Source: an uncultured Muribaculaceae bacterium (GTDB lineage Bacteria; Bacillota_I; Bacilli_A; RF39; UBA660). From it: a stretch of 64,000 bases of DNA. This document shows, one piece after another, positions 30,516-41,902 of the stretch; within the stretch, counting starts at the first letter, position 1; each line of letters opens with the position of its first letter. Below the pieces are notes generated by a model. The model was not told the DNA's origin. It ran no database searches and worked only from the letters and a program-made list of their open reading frames with translations. The stretch covers positions 10,421 to 74,420 of the forward strand of contig CAZJHG010000002.1 of assembly GCA_964545885.1 (NCBI GenBank), given 5' to 3'. A program made the position numbers and the translations under genes.

Positions 30516-32936
30516 TTAGAAACGGCCACCTCCGCCTCCGCCACCAAAGGAACCACCACCGGATGAGAATCCGCCTCCGCCTCCGCCACCGGATGACCAA
30601 GAGCCACTACTTCCTGATGAAGATGATCCAGATGAACTAGCGGCTTGTGATGATACTGCTCTATTATGAGCATCTCTAACGCTACGATTAATACCAGTAC
30701 TTATATCATTAAATATATAATAATCTGACATGTCAAAGTCTGTTTCTGATAAATTAAGTTCTTGAACTTTTAATTTTAGTGCTTTTTCTACTTTATCGGC
30801 ACATCCTAAGACAGTAGCATAAACTAGGTATTCTTTCCATAGTTTGACTTCTCCTACTTCTTTGATATCCATTTTACCAAAGTCGCATAAGAAACGTTTA
30901 AATGCTTTCCAACGCGAGAATTCGTAAGCTCCATCTTCTGTACGTTTTTGACAATTAGATACATATATTAAAGATATTATTGCTAGAATAATACAGATAA
31001 TTGGTAGTGTGTAAGGACTACTTATAAAGTGATATGTTGCAAGTACATAAAACATGCTTAATAGTGATAAAACTAATAAGGTAATTAATATAATAATTGA
31101 AACTTTTTTACTAACACTTTTCTTGACGTTTATTTCTGATGACGTAGTGTTATTTTTATTTATATTTAAAATTATGAATAATCCAGGTATTAGAAAGACT
31201 ATCGATTGTATACATATGATTGCCATAATAATTTGAATTATTGTTAAAATTGAATATGAGTTCTTTTTATTCTTTTTATACATAGCAAGTTCATCATCGA
31301 TGTAAATATTTTCATCTAATGCTTCTTCTATACAATATTTTTTGGCATTATCCCATCTTGTTAAGAATGAACGATATGATGATGAAGCTTTTTTCTTTAG
31401 TTCACTTAATTTTATAGAACTCGAATTATTTGTAGCGAGTTTGATTAATGCTTCTTCTTTAGCTGATAATGCCTTTTTGTACTTAGTATTTTTAGATAAT
31501 ATGTAATCATCTTTTTTATTAGTAGTTGTCTTTTCACAAGTCATTATACCTTTGTTAATTAATTCTAGTATTTCGGCTGAAATAGCTTCGTTAGTAATTT
31601 TTCGTTTGAAAAGATAACTTACAGTAGATGGTGAGTAGTTGTTTGGTTTTTCTCTTAAATAGTCTTCTTTGAAACTTGATTTGTGTTCACGGTCATGGTA
31701 ATAGTAAATGTAAGCAACAACGCAGATAATCACTAATATTGTTCCATAGCAATATAATTTATATTTTTTATAATCCTTTTTCTCTTCTTGAATGATGTTA
31801 TCTTTTACAATGTCTAATCGCTCAGTTAGTTCTTTTTTTAATTCTTCATTTTGAAGAATAGAAACACTTTCAATAGCCCATTCATAATTGTAGTATTGAG
31901 AATACGTTTCGGCATTTTTAACGCTTTCCTTAGCTGTTGTTTCTTCTTTGTTTGTAACTAGAAGGTTTAGTTCTTCTAACATTCTTGTATATTCGGCTTT
32001 AACATCTTCATCTAAAATATTTTTTACTATCGATGCAGAGCTTTCATAGCAGTATCTATTTAAGTGTTCATAGCAATACTTTATTTCACTTAAAGCTTCT
32101 TCTTGCCTTTTAGCATCTTGTTGTTTTCTTTCATAGTTGGCTTGGTTGGCAGCATTTTCTTCATAAGCTAAGATTTTGGTTAAAGCTGAGACGTTTGTTT
32201 TTTTTGTTGATTGGTTAATTATTGCTGTATCAAAAGTTGCTCTTATGTCGATTGCTTTATAGGCTGAAAGACCTGTTACTGAAGCAATTAATTTGGTTTG
32301 ACTTTCTTTTGTTACGACGCCATTTAATGGACCATGAGCCCACACACGAAATACTGTTTCGTTATTAGGAAAGTTTACTGTTACTCTTAAATTTTCAATA
32401 GATTCCCTTAATTGATCACCGAAAATATTCCAACCTATTTCGCCAACATCATTATGAAGAATTGCTAAATTTTTAATAGTATATTCAATATAAAATGCTT
32501 TGTTTTCATCTGATGGAAGATATATTAAATAAGAATAACCATCACTTGTAAATGTTTTTTCATATACACCATAATCACCTTTTTTGGCAGATGAAGTTAT
32601 AGTAAATGTATCACCTTTTACATTTTCAAAATCGAAATTAGAATTAATTGGTACTGCCATTATTTTATTCAAGTCAATATTACTACCATTATGAATTTTA
32701 CTTCCACCATAATATTCTAATTCTGGAATAAAATCATAAGCACTAGAATTACTATATAGAATAATTTTCTCAAAGCCATTAAACTCACCATTCATATTAA
32801 AATATTCTTGGACAAATAAATCCCCATTAGGTTGTAATGTTGCGTTAATAAAATAATTTTCAATACCATAAGCTTCTGCTATAAATGGTAAAAATGTAAA
32901 TAAAATAAAAATTATTTTTAATAATACTTTTTTCAT
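30516..32936 (-). CDS. DUF2207-family membrane protein with a Gly-rich C-terminus.
   Basis: Signal peptide, extracellular domain and TM helices. C-terminal SSGGGGGGGFSSGGGSFGGGGGGGRF tail characteristic of DUF2207. Confidence 0.65.
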   Translation of the reverse strand: MKKVLLKIIFILFTFLPFIAEAYGIENYFINATLQPNGDLFVQEYFNMNGEFNGFEKIILYSNSSAYDFIPELEYYGGSKIHNGSNIDLNKIMAVPINSNFDFENVKGDTFTITSSAKKGDYGVYEKTFTSDGYSYLIYLPSDENKAFYIEYTIKNLAILHNDVGEIGWNIFGDQLRESIENLRVTVNFPNNETVFRVWAHGPLNGVVTKESQTKLIASVTGLSAYKAIDIRATFDTAIINQSTKKTNVSALTKILAYEENAANQANYERKQQDAKRQEEALSEIKYCYEHLNRYCYESSASIVKNILDEDVKAEYTRMLEELNLLVTNKEETTAKESVKNAETYSQYYNYEWAIESVSILQNEELKKELTERLDIVKDNIIQEEKKDYKKYKLYCYGTILVIICVVAYIYYYHDREHKSSFKEDYLREKPNNYSPSTVSYLFKRKITNEAISAEILELINKGIMTCEKTTTNKKDDYILSKNTKYKKALSAKEEALIKLATNNSSSIKLSELKKKASSSYRSFLTRWDNAKKYCIEEALDENIYIDDELAMYKKNKKNSYSILTIIQIIMAIICIQSIVFLIPGLFIILNINKNNTTSSEINVKKSVSKKVSIIILITLLVLSLLSMFYVLATYHFISSPYTLPIICIILAIISLIYVSNCQKRTEDGAYEFSRWKAFKRFLCDFGKMDIKEVGEVKLWKEYLVYATVLGCADKVEKALKLKVQELNLSETDFDMSDYYIFNDISTGINRSVRDAHNRAVSSQAASSSGSSSSGSSGSWSSGGGGGGGFSSGGGSFGGGGGGGRF

Positions 32937-33043
32937 ATAACTCGTCCTCTATTCTCTATATTTATTTTAATATATTTAATTATTAAAAACAATCTTTGTT
33001 TTATTTAAACAAAAAAATTGTTGAAGTTAATCAACAATTTTTA

Positions 33044-36000
33044 TTAAGCTAATATTTTCTTTTTTAATACAAGCATTACTATTAATAGTGAAGATGAAAT
33101 TAATGAAATATATAATGCATTATTATCTATCATTGTATTAGGAGGAAGTTCTGGCTCTACATTACCTGTACCTTCTAAGTCATAATAATATGTTACAATT
33201 ATTTCACCATCAATATATGTTCCTGTTATGTTACCTTCTACTTTAGCAAGAACATAGTTTTCAACTTCTTTTTCTTCTGTTTGGTAGCTTTCTCCTACTA
33301 AACCAGTATAGTTTTCAGAAGAAGCTATTTTGTTACCAAATCTATCAACGTAGTTAGCAATTACTGTTCCTTTTATTTCTAAGTTTGTTTCTGTTTCGTC
33401 AGTTGTTTCTGTTGGATCAGTTGTTTCTAATTCTAACTTAGTATTAACTTTGTTAACTACCACTTTTGTATCTGCTGTAATATCTTTGTAATATAGTGAT
33501 AGATTAATATTAACTTCTATTTCGTTATTCTTATTATTGTAAGTGTTAACGTCATATTCTTTAATCCATGTAATAGTTAAATCTTTAGAGTTATATTTTC
33601 CACCATTTAATTCTGATTTTTCTTCATCAATTGGATATGATAATTGGTCAATTATTGTAATAATTGCTTTACCTTCATATTCATTTAATACTGTATTATA
33701 TTTAATTGTATAATTGAAAGCATCTTTAACATTAGTTACTACTTTATTAGTAGATTCTTTTTTAACAATGTTTTCTTCTATTTCAGCTGGTGTTCTATCA
33801 TAGTAGTAGATTACTATTGTATCTTCTTCTTTGTACTCACCTGTTTTATTGGATGGAGTTTCACTTAAAGTATAACCATTAAATTGTTTAGCTTCTGTAG
33901 TATATGTATATCCTACATAGTCTGTTTTTGTATCTTCTATTTTTAGAACTTTTTCGTTACCATCTTTATCTTTATAAATGTGTTTTACTATTAAATTTCC
34001 TTTTATAGAAGCTATTATTTCTTCTTCAGCTTCTTTACCATTACTGTCTTTAGTATCTGTAGATGTTGAGCCTTTTACAGTATTTATTACTTTTTTGTCA
34101 GAAGCCATGTTGTTATATTTTACTAAAATATTTTTTGTTACATTTACTGAATATGTTCCGTTTTGGAATGTATTAATACCTTCGATTTTTTCAGTCCATG
34201 TAATAGTTTTATTTGTTGCATTATAGATACCACCATCTAATTTAGATGCATTTACATCGATAGCATATGGCAAGTAATCAACAATTGTTACTGTAGCAGA
34301 ACCTTTATAGTCAGTTATCTTAGTTGTATAAACAATTTGATAATCTACTAAAGTATTTGATGCAGTTATTTCTTCTAATACTGATTTCTTAGTAATAACT
34401 TCATCAGTTATTTCGGCTATTTTTCTTGTATATTCATAAATTACTACGATATCTTTTTCTGTATATTTACCAGTTGCGTTGCTTGGAGTTGCAACTAATT
34501 CGTATCCTTCAATATCTTTAGCATCTGTAGTATAAGTAACTCCAACTTTATCAGATTGAGTTTTGCTATTAGCTAATTCTTGAGTAGTTCCTTTTAAATA
34601 ATAGTAAGTTATTACTTTACCTTTGATGTTTACATCTGTAGTATGAGTATCTTCTTTTTCATTATCTGGTGTTTCTTCGATATCATCAGATAATGTTGCT
34701 TTTACATGATTAGTGTAATTTTCAGTACTTGCATTTATATCTTTGTAATATACTTCGATTACTTTTGTAATGTTAATTGCTAAATCTTCTTCAGCATCTT
34801 CACTTACATAAGAAATAGTCCATGTAATAGTTTTGTTTGTTGCATTATAGATACCACCATCTAATGTAGATTTACTTTCGTCGATAGCATATGGAAGTGT
34901 ATCTACGATTGTAACTGTGATGTTACCTTTATAATTTTTTACTATTGCATCATATGTAATAGTGTATGTATTTTTATCTGTACTACTTGTTATTTCAGTA
35001 GTTCCTGATTTAGTTACTACTGGGTTTGTAGGAGTTGCTCCTAAACGTTTATATACGTATATAACTTCAATTGTTCCTTCTTTATATGTACCATTTTTAT
35101 TAGAAGGCTCTTCTGTTAATTCGTATCCTGGTATTACTACTTTAGAAGTAGTATATGATTTACCTACTTTGTCTTCTGTTTCTACGTCTGAACTTAGTGT
35201 ATTACCTGATTCATCAACATGATGAGTTATTACTTTTCCTTTAATATGAACTGGCACGTCTTCGCTATCATTAGAATTTATTGGATCGGTTGTTTCTACT
35301 TTGATAGTTCCAGAAACTTTATTAGTTACTTTATCAGCAGTAGCATCTAAGTTTTTGTAAACTACAGTATATTTTAATGATACAGATATTGTTTCAACGT
35401 TTGATGATATACCTTCTGGTTTATTAGCATATGTATCTACATTTTTAGTAATTACCCAAGTAATTGTTTTGTTAGTAGCGTTGTATACGCCTTTATAATC
35501 ACCAGATTGTAATGTGGATTTGCTTTCATCTATTTCATATGGAAGCGTATCAACGATTGTTATAGTAACTGGACCATTATATTCTTTAATAGTAGCTTTA
35601 TAAGTTACGTTATATGTTACCTTATCAGATGAAGAAGTTATTTCTTCTGTTTCAGATGTCTTACTAATAATTGTGTCAGTTATTTCAGCTTCTACTCTTT
35701 CATAATAATATGTAACTGTAGTAGTTCCTTCTTTGTATACACCATTTTTATTAGAAGGTTCGTTACTTAATTTATAACCATCTACTTGAACTGGACTTGT
35801 TTCATATGGTGTTCCTATTTTCTTTTCTGTAGCTGGTTGTGTTGCTACTAATTCTTGTTCTTGACCTTGATCATCTATATATTTATGTTCAACTATTAGT
35901 TTTCCTGTTATATCAACTGGTGTATCTTCAGTTATTTCTTTATCTTTATCAGATGCTGTATCTACTTTAATATTAGTAATAACTTTGTTACTTATATTTA

Positions 36001-38227
36001 CTTCACTACCAGTGAATTCTGGATAGTTGTAGTATACACTGATGTTCTTTTCTATTGATATAGATTTAGGACCATTTGTATATGTGTCAATATTATCTAC
36101 TGATATTGTCCATGTAATAGTTTTAGCTTCTTTATTATAGATTCCACCATCTAATATAGATTTGCTTTCATCTATTTCGTAAGGTAGTTCATCTACGATG
36201 GTTATTGTAGCTGTACCTTTGTAATCTTTAATAGTTGTTTTATATGTTATTTTATAATCTACTGCATCTTTGGCACTTGTTATTGTATTTGGACCTTTTT
36301 TGGTTACTGTTGGGTCTTCTACATCGGCCGGCTTTAATGTGTAGTAGAAAATTATTATATTACTATTAGAGTCTTCAACTAATTTAATTGTTTTTGAAGA
36401 TTCTGTACCTTCTGCAAGGTTGTAACCTGTTATATTTTTAGCATTTTCTGTAATAGTATCATATACGTATTTGTTATTTACTACTTTAGTATCTGCTAAT
36501 TCTTTGTTAGTAGTTTTTTCTAAATATTTAACTGTATAGCTAGTAGGATTTTTTACTACTTTTAAACTTATTGTAGAAGTGTTACTTGTTACTGTGTATG
36601 TTTCACCATTTATAGTAACTGTACTTACTACATGATATTTAATATCATAAATTTTGCTTTCTGTTCCGGCACAGCCTTCAGTAGCATTATAAGTAAATGT
36701 TCCATCTTCATTAACGTTAATTGTTCCACAAGTTGGTTCATTTTCAAGAACTATTTTGTTTGATACTGTTGATTCCATTATTGTATTAGATGGTCTATCT
36801 TTATGAACTGTTAAAGAGTCGTTACTTAAAATACTGTCATTAACATCGATTGTTATTTGGCTACCTTCTTTAGCTATGTATTTTTCATTTTCAGTATAGT
36901 CATCATCTTTTGTTACCATACTTATTGCAACAACTGGTTGATTGAATTTAAGATCAATTTTTTTATCTGGATAATATGTATTATCTTCTGTTGCTGTTGC
37001 TTTTAGTGTTGCTTCAACGTTTGTGTACATTGCTCCATAATGATTTTCGTCTGCTACTACTTCATATTCAATTTTATAAGTTCCTAATACTGAACTTATT
37101 TCATCATATTTTACAGATAATGTTGTTGTTCCATCTTCATTTTCTGTAATTGTAATGTCTTCACCATATTTAGTTATTAAAGCTTCTTTAGCTTCTTGGG
37201 TTAGCTTGAAACTTGCTGGAATTGTATCTGTTACTGTTGCATCTGTTGCTAAAACATTTTTGATACTTGCAGCGATATTTGACATTGCTGTTTCTAAAGC
37301 TTCTGTATCAGATGCTGAATATGCATATTTTTTTTCACTTGTAGATTTACTTGCTATTTGGTTAGTTAAGAAACTTGCAATATCGTTTGCGCTTGAACCA
37401 AAACCTACTGCGTAAATTTCAGCATTGATTGGATTTCCTTTTATTTCTTTTGCAACTTTTTCAGCTGCTGTTGATGGGATTAGACCACTATTCTTGCAGG
37501 CTTGGGTATCTTCTCTATCTAATGCGTCACTATTACCTGCTCCACATATAGAACCATTACTTAAATTAAAATAAGTTGGAACTCCGTCAGAAATTAGAAT
37601 AACTATTTTAGTATCAGCTGTTGAATCTTTTAATAAATTTTTAGCGGCATTTAAACCGGCTTGAACGTTAGTACCATTGTTTTGAACTTCAGTAATTGAA
37701 TTAATCTTCTGTTTTATAATAGCTAGGTCACTAGTCATATCGCTATATTTAGTTGTTGAATATTGTGATTCATAGTTAGTACCAAATGTTACGATACCAA
37801 TTTTTACATTATTATTGCCATTATTTGGTAACAATTCTTCAACTAAACCTATTGCTGATTCTTTAGCTACATATAATCTAGTATCACATGGTGTAGGCTC
37901 ACTTGGTTTATTACCGGGTCCATCTGGATGATAACCGTCACCTTTTTTGCCGTTGTTATTAGTGTTTGATTTTTCAGCACAATAAGACATACTAGCTGAA
38001 TGGTCCATAACAATGACAATGTCAGCTGTTGGTTGTTTTAATTTAGAAGTTTCAATTTCTAATGTAACTTTAGCTTTGCGATCTGATGTTGCTACGGCTG
38101 TTTTGTTTAAAGTTAATTTACCAGATGTATCTTCAGCTTTTAGATTTTGAGCCATTCCTAAAATACCAACTACTGCTATTATGATGCCAACTATAGTAGT
38201 TATTATTTTTTTCCTTTCTTTTTTCAT
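33044..38227 (-). CDS. Giant surface adhesin, 1727 aa: signal peptide, vWA domain, then alternating isopeptide-forming (SpaA/Cna-B-like) and MucBP-like repeats, and a C-terminal sorting-signal-like tail.
   Basis: vWA MIDAS motif (DIVIVMDHSASMS). At least six copies of a ~70-aa VTKKGP...TITWTI repeat interleaved with GK(L/V)I(V)xHxYxD...GY.L...P MucBP-like repeats. Tail ELPPNTM + hydrophobic stretch + KKK. Confidence 0.8.
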   Translation of the reverse strand: MKKERKKIITTIVGIIIAVVGILGMAQNLKAEDTSGKLTLNKTAVATSDRKAKVTLEIETSKLKQPTADIVIVMDHSASMSYCAEKSNTNNNGKKGDGYHPDGPGNKPSEPTPCDTRLYVAKESAIGLVEELLPNNGNNNVKIGIVTFGTNYESQYSTTKYSDMTSDLAIIKQKINSITEVQNNGTNVQAGLNAAKNLLKDSTADTKIVILISDGVPTYFNLSNGSICGAGNSDALDREDTQACKNSGLIPSTAAEKVAKEIKGNPINAEIYAVGFGSSANDIASFLTNQIASKSTSEKKYAYSASDTEALETAMSNIAASIKNVLATDATVTDTIPASFKLTQEAKEALITKYGEDITITENEDGTTTLSVKYDEISSVLGTYKIEYEVVADENHYGAMYTNVEATLKATATEDNTYYPDKKIDLKFNQPVVAISMVTKDDDYTENEKYIAKEGSQITIDVNDSILSNDSLTVHKDRPSNTIMESTVSNKIVLENEPTCGTINVNEDGTFTYNATEGCAGTESKIYDIKYHVVSTVTINGETYTVTSNTSTISLKVVKNPTSYTVKYLEKTTNKELADTKVVNNKYVYDTITENAKNITGYNLAEGTESSKTIKLVEDSNSNIIIFYYTLKPADVEDPTVTKKGPNTITSAKDAVDYKITYKTTIKDYKGTATITIVDELPYEIDESKSILDGGIYNKEAKTITWTISVDNIDTYTNGPKSISIEKNISVYYNYPEFTGSEVNISNKVITNIKVDTASDKDKEITEDTPVDITGKLIVEHKYIDDQGQEQELVATQPATEKKIGTPYETSPVQVDGYKLSNEPSNKNGVYKEGTTTVTYYYERVEAEITDTIISKTSETEEITSSSDKVTYNVTYKATIKEYNGPVTITIVDTLPYEIDESKSTLQSGDYKGVYNATNKTITWVITKNVDTYANKPEGISSNVETISVSLKYTVVYKNLDATADKVTNKVSGTIKVETTDPINSNDSEDVPVHIKGKVITHHVDESGNTLSSDVETEDKVGKSYTTSKVVIPGYELTEEPSNKNGTYKEGTIEVIYVYKRLGATPTNPVVTKSGTTEITSSTDKNTYTITYDAIVKNYKGNITVTIVDTLPYAIDESKSTLDGGIYNATNKTITWTISYVSEDAEEDLAINITKVIEVYYKDINASTENYTNHVKATLSDDIEETPDNEKEDTHTTDVNIKGKVITYYYLKGTTQELANSKTQSDKVGVTYTTDAKDIEGYELVATPSNATGKYTEKDIVVIYEYTRKIAEITDEVITKKSVLEEITASNTLVDYQIVYTTKITDYKGSATVTIVDYLPYAIDVNASKLDGGIYNATNKTITWTEKIEGINTFQNGTYSVNVTKNILVKYNNMASDKKVINTVKGSTSTDTKDSNGKEAEEEIIASIKGNLIVKHIYKDKDGNEKVLKIEDTKTDYVGYTYTTEAKQFNGYTLSETPSNKTGEYKEEDTIVIYYYDRTPAEIEENIVKKESTNKVVTNVKDAFNYTIKYNTVLNEYEGKAIITIIDQLSYPIDEEKSELNGGKYNSKDLTITWIKEYDVNTYNNKNNEIEVNINLSLYYKDITADTKVVVNKVNTKLELETTDPTETTDETETNLEIKGTVIANYVDRFGNKIASSENYTGLVGESYQTEEKEVENYVLAKVEGNITGTYIDGEIIVTYYYDLEGTGNVEPELPPNTMIDNNALYISLISSSLLIVMLVLKKKILA

Positions 38228-38584
38228 ATATACTCTCCTTTTAATTTTTTTCTATTTGAGATATCTTATGGAGCTTGTATATCTCATAATAGTCGCTAGT
38301 TAGAAACTAGCTTGGTGAAAAATTATGTAACTCGTCAATTGAAATTTGATTGCTACTTAGGATTTTTTTATTAAAAAAGGCCGAATAAAACAATATATTA
38401 TAAATTAATACAATATAAATTGCTTATTCGACCTTTTATTCATAAAACCATTCCCCTGTGCTTATTAAACTGCAATTTCACCATTTGCGACGTTTATACT
38501 AATTTAAATCATATAAATTGTCAACTTTAATTTTAAATTTTAGTCATTTTTTTTGATAAAAATTTGATTTTTAAACAATTTTTG

Positions 38585-38628
38585 AAGCACAAAAAAACAT
38601 TTTTAGTTTATAAAAATGTTTAAAATCA
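38585..38628 (-). terminator. Terminator downstream of the sortase gene.
   Basis: AAACATTTTT-7 nt-AAAAATGTTT hairpin followed by a T-rich tract on the minus strand. Confidence 0.45.
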
Positions 38629-38630
38629 GA

Positions 38631-39431
38631 TTATTCAAGTTCGATAGCACTAATAACATAATAAGTTTTTTCGCCACTATAGGAACAAGTTTGGATAGTG
38701 AGTAAATTGGAGTTTTCGTTATATTCAACATCTCTTGTATAAATTGAATTGTTTAATAAAATTTGAATATGTTCTTTATGATAGTCTTTTGATGTTTCAA
38801 CAACCATGTGTTCATTATCGGTTGTTACTTCTTTTATAGAGAATATTTTATAAATTCGACGTCCACCATCGTGTTGTAATAATATGTATGGATTTTGATT
38901 AAAGAAATCTTTATCTAAAAATTTTTCTAACTTTCTAAATGGTATATCATAAGTAGTGGAATTGTGACCATATACATTTACTTGCTTAGCAGTTGGATCA
39001 GTTCTGAAATCTAAAAATTCTGTACCTTTGACATCCTTTTTTTTATCAATTGAATGATTTAAATAATACTTATTATCAGAAGTTTTAGTTAGTAAAATGT
39101 TGAACAATCCTGGTATTTCTAAACGACCGATAACTTCGTTATTATTATATTTTTTACGATATGATGATAAATCGACATCTTCAGAAAATAAAGATTCAAC
39201 TTGTGACTTTTCACTAACTTTTTCTTCTTCTTTTGATTCTTCTTTAGTGGGAGGTTCATCATCTACTGTTTTAACATCTTTTAACTTAATATCATTTTGA
39301 TTAAGAGTATTTTTTATTTCTTGATTATTTTGGACTAACATTATAGTAGAAGATGCAAATAAAACTACTAGTATGCTAATTATTATATAGAAAATAATAC
39401 TTTTTATAGAAATTTTTTTATTTTTTTCCAT
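38631..39431 (-). CDS. srtB: Class B-type sortase. The start is moved to Met30, which has a GGAGG RBS.
   Basis: TM anchor, catalytic His (NVYGHN), Cys (LTIQTCS) and a downstream Arg. Adjacent to the adhesin gene. Confidence 0.7.
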   Translation of the reverse strand: MEKNKKISIKSIIFYIIISILVVLFASSTIMLVQNNQEIKNTLNQNDIKLKDVKTVDDEPPTKEESKEEEKVSEKSQVESLFSEDVDLSSYRKKYNNNEVIGRLEIPGLFNILLTKTSDNKYYLNHSIDKKKDVKGTEFLDFRTDPTAKQVNVYGHNSTTYDIPFRKLEKFLDKDFFNQNPYILLQHDGGRRIYKIFSIKEVTTDNEHMVVETSKDYHKEHIQILLNNSIYTRDVEYNENSNLLTIQTCSYSGEKTYYVISAIELE

Positions 39432-39618
39432 AGTATACCTCCATCTAAATGAGTTCGAACTTGTTATGATTATTTTTTTTATAATACCTTTTTTTTTACT
39501 ATTATTCAAGTGAATCACATTAATATTTTATTCTTTTACTTTATTATGTATATGATTTTTTTCGTAGTTAACGCAAAGGTATTATAACATATTTTTATAA
39601 ATAATTTTATATTTCCAA

Positions 39619-39709
39619 TTATTGAAATTTACTAATATTAAGGATTATTGCTATGGATACCATTGATATTAATAAAGATGAACCACCATAAGATAGAAAT
39701 GGTAAGGTT
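39619..39709 (-). pseudogene. Displaced 3' coding fragment of the SEDS (spoVE/ftsW-like) gene, encoding ...LPFLSYGGSSLLISMVSIAIILNISKFQ*.
   Basis: Minus-strand translation gives the hallmark SEDS C-terminal motif T-G-I-T-L-P-F-L-S-Y-G-G-S-S. The fragment is in frame with the 9-bp repeat that also ends the 5' portion at 46181..46189. Confidence 0.7.
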
Positions 39710-39718
39710 ATACCAGTT
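39710..39718. repeat. Left copy of the 9-bp direct repeat ATACCAGTT (recombination core) flanking the inserted element.
   Basis: Identical 9-mer at 46181..46189. Both lie in the same reading frame of the SEDS gene (codons T-G-I). Confidence 0.65.
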
Positions 39719-39783
39719 ACAAGTTTTACGGGAGAAAATATTTTGTGTTGCTTTTTTACGGGAGATGAAACAAGATAAAAAAA

Positions 39784-41364
39784 TTACTTTAAATATCTAG
39801 AAAGTTCTTGAAATCTAAAGAATACATTTACATTTTTATCATTATCTATTTCTACTCTATCGATTAATTCAACTACTATTGCACGAGTAGGATACTTTGA
39901 TGATAAAAACTTGTTTACTAATTCTGTACAAGTATCATAGTCTAATTTTTTTATTTTTGATAACATTTTAATCTTATCTTTTTCTAGTTTTTTCTTTTGT
40001 GTAGTTGCATTGTTTAAATCTTTATTATATCTATCAATTAAGTTAGAAAATATATTTTCAGGAATTTTACCTTGTACTTTATCCATATATAATTGTTCAA
40101 TAGCGTTGTTATATTTGGCTATTTCTTTTATTAAGATATCTATTTGTTTCTGCAATTCCGTTGATTCTTCATGTAAAATTGCATTTACTTCTTTGGTTAA
40201 TGATTTACCATCATATTCTTTAATAAATAGTTTGCAAATATTTCTAATAACTGATATCAAATCATCCTCTAGTAGATTATAGTTTAATCTATGGATATTA
40301 CATATTCCATACTTACCTTTTTTGCTATACTGATTGCATTGTGTATAATGAGATTTATCTCTTTTATTCTTTCTTTCTAAAATGCTAATCGTATGTCCAC
40401 ATTCTTTACACTTTAATAATCCACTAAATAAATATCTATCTTTATTCTTTTCTATCGTCTTTGAATTTGCTTTTAACATTTTATTTACTTTATCGAAAAT
40501 TTCTTTATCAATTATTGGTTCGTGAGTATTCTCAACTATAATATAATTTTCTTTTCTTACTGCTCTAACTTTATTGGAATTATATCTAACCTTATTGAAA
40601 GTATTTTGAACCATATTACCTAAATACATTTCGCTAGTTAAGATGCTTCTTATTGTTTGAGGCCTCCAAATGCCATAACCATCATTTTCAGTAATTGCTG
40701 CTCCTCTAGTTTCCTTCTTGTAAATTATTGGTATTGGAATTTTTTCAAGAGTTAATATATTAGCTATCTTATAACAACTATTACCTGCATATGCCATTTT
40801 AAAAATTCTTTTTACAACTTGTGATGCATTTGGGTCTATAACTAATTTGTGATGATCGGTTGGATCTTTCAAATATCCATACTTTGGAATTGATCCAATA
40901 TATTCTCCTTTTTTTTGCCTGGCAGTAAATGCTGATTTAACCTTTCTAGATGTATCTCTTAAGATATAGTCATTATAAGTTAATTTCATCGAAATCATAC
41001 TATCCCCCTCGAGTGAATCATAACCATCGTTTATTGCAATGTATCTTACACCTTTTTCACAAAAATAATCTTCGATAAATGAACCTGTTTGGTATAATTC
41101 ACGACCTAATCTTGAAAGGTCTTTCGTTAGTATACAATCTATTTTCCCTGATTCTATATCTTCAATCATTCTTTTAAATCCCGGTCTTTCAAAATTACCA
41201 CCAGAGTATCCGTCATCAACATATTCCTCTATAAGTTCTAGATTATGGTATTTACAAAATGATTCAATAATCATTCTTTGACTCTCAATTGAAGTACTCT
41301 CGTCTTTTTTTAATAAGTCCTCTTTTGACAACCTTAAATAATTACCGCATTTATATCTCTTCAT
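39784..41364 (-). CDS. Large serine recombinase: resolvase catalytic domain, recombinase domain, zinc ribbon and coiled-coil.
   Basis: N-terminal YLRLSKED (catalytic Ser) and DGYSGGNFERPGF...LSRLGRE. Cys pairs CKECGH...C. 526 aa. Confidence 0.85.
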   Translation of the reverse strand: MKRYKCGNYLRLSKEDLLKKDESTSIESQRMIIESFCKYHNLELIEEYVDDGYSGGNFERPGFKRMIEDIESGKIDCILTKDLSRLGRELYQTGSFIEDYFCEKGVRYIAINDGYDSLEGDSMISMKLTYNDYILRDTSRKVKSAFTARQKKGEYIGSIPKYGYLKDPTDHHKLVIDPNASQVVKRIFKMAYAGNSCYKIANILTLEKIPIPIIYKKETRGAAITENDGYGIWRPQTIRSILTSEMYLGNMVQNTFNKVRYNSNKVRAVRKENYIIVENTHEPIIDKEIFDKVNKMLKANSKTIEKNKDRYLFSGLLKCKECGHTISILERKNKRDKSHYTQCNQYSKKGKYGICNIHRLNYNLLEDDLISVIRNICKLFIKEYDGKSLTKEVNAILHEESTELQKQIDILIKEIAKYNNAIEQLYMDKVQGKIPENIFSNLIDRYNKDLNNATTQKKKLEKDKIKMLSKIKKLDYDTCTELVNKFLSSKYPTRAIVVELIDRVEIDNDKNVNVFFRFQELSRYLK

Positions 41365-41902
41365 AACTTATTTTTCTCCTATATAATATGTTAATTAGAG
41401 ACACTTAAATATTGCATTAATTATAATATATTTTAGTGTCTCTTTTATTGTTACTAATTAGCCTATTTTTGACTTTCCTCATCTTTTTTTATTTCCCTTA
41501 TATATATTAAAAAATGCTCTTTTATAATTCGGTATAAATCTTTACCATTTGAATTATAAGTTAATTTAATATTATAATTTAAATTATTGCTTTTCATCTC
41601 GGTATCACTCTCCTCTAAAGTTTATTAAAAATTACGTAAATTTATGCAGCAAAAAAATCAATACATTTTGTATTGACTTTTCTTATTTTATTACTATTTT
41701 TAAAATTCTTTATTGATTTTGTTTTATCATAAACATTTTTGTTAAAATCAAAAGTAAACGTTGGTATTCTTTCTTTAAAGTCTGTTTAGGTATTATACTT
41801 TATAATTACCTCTGCGAATATTTTATTCAAATTTTATATCTCCTTTTGCAAATAATAAAGATTGCCCTTAAAATGGCAATCTTTTTTGCTTTATTTATTA
41901 TT

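Noticed and set aside
30482-30673. 63-aa ORF overlapping the 3' end of the DUF2207 gene.
   Set aside because: It is a frame artefact of the GC-richer Gly-codon tract (GGTGGCGGAGG...) that encodes the poly-Gly tail. It has no RBS.
38380-38440. Imperfect hairpin (GGCCGAATAA...TTATTCGACC) in the 400-nt adhesin leader, considered as a terminator or riboswitch.
   Set aside because: The ~40-nt loop and one mismatch make it a weak terminator. No riboswitch consensus was recognised. It is left as an unassigned leader structure.
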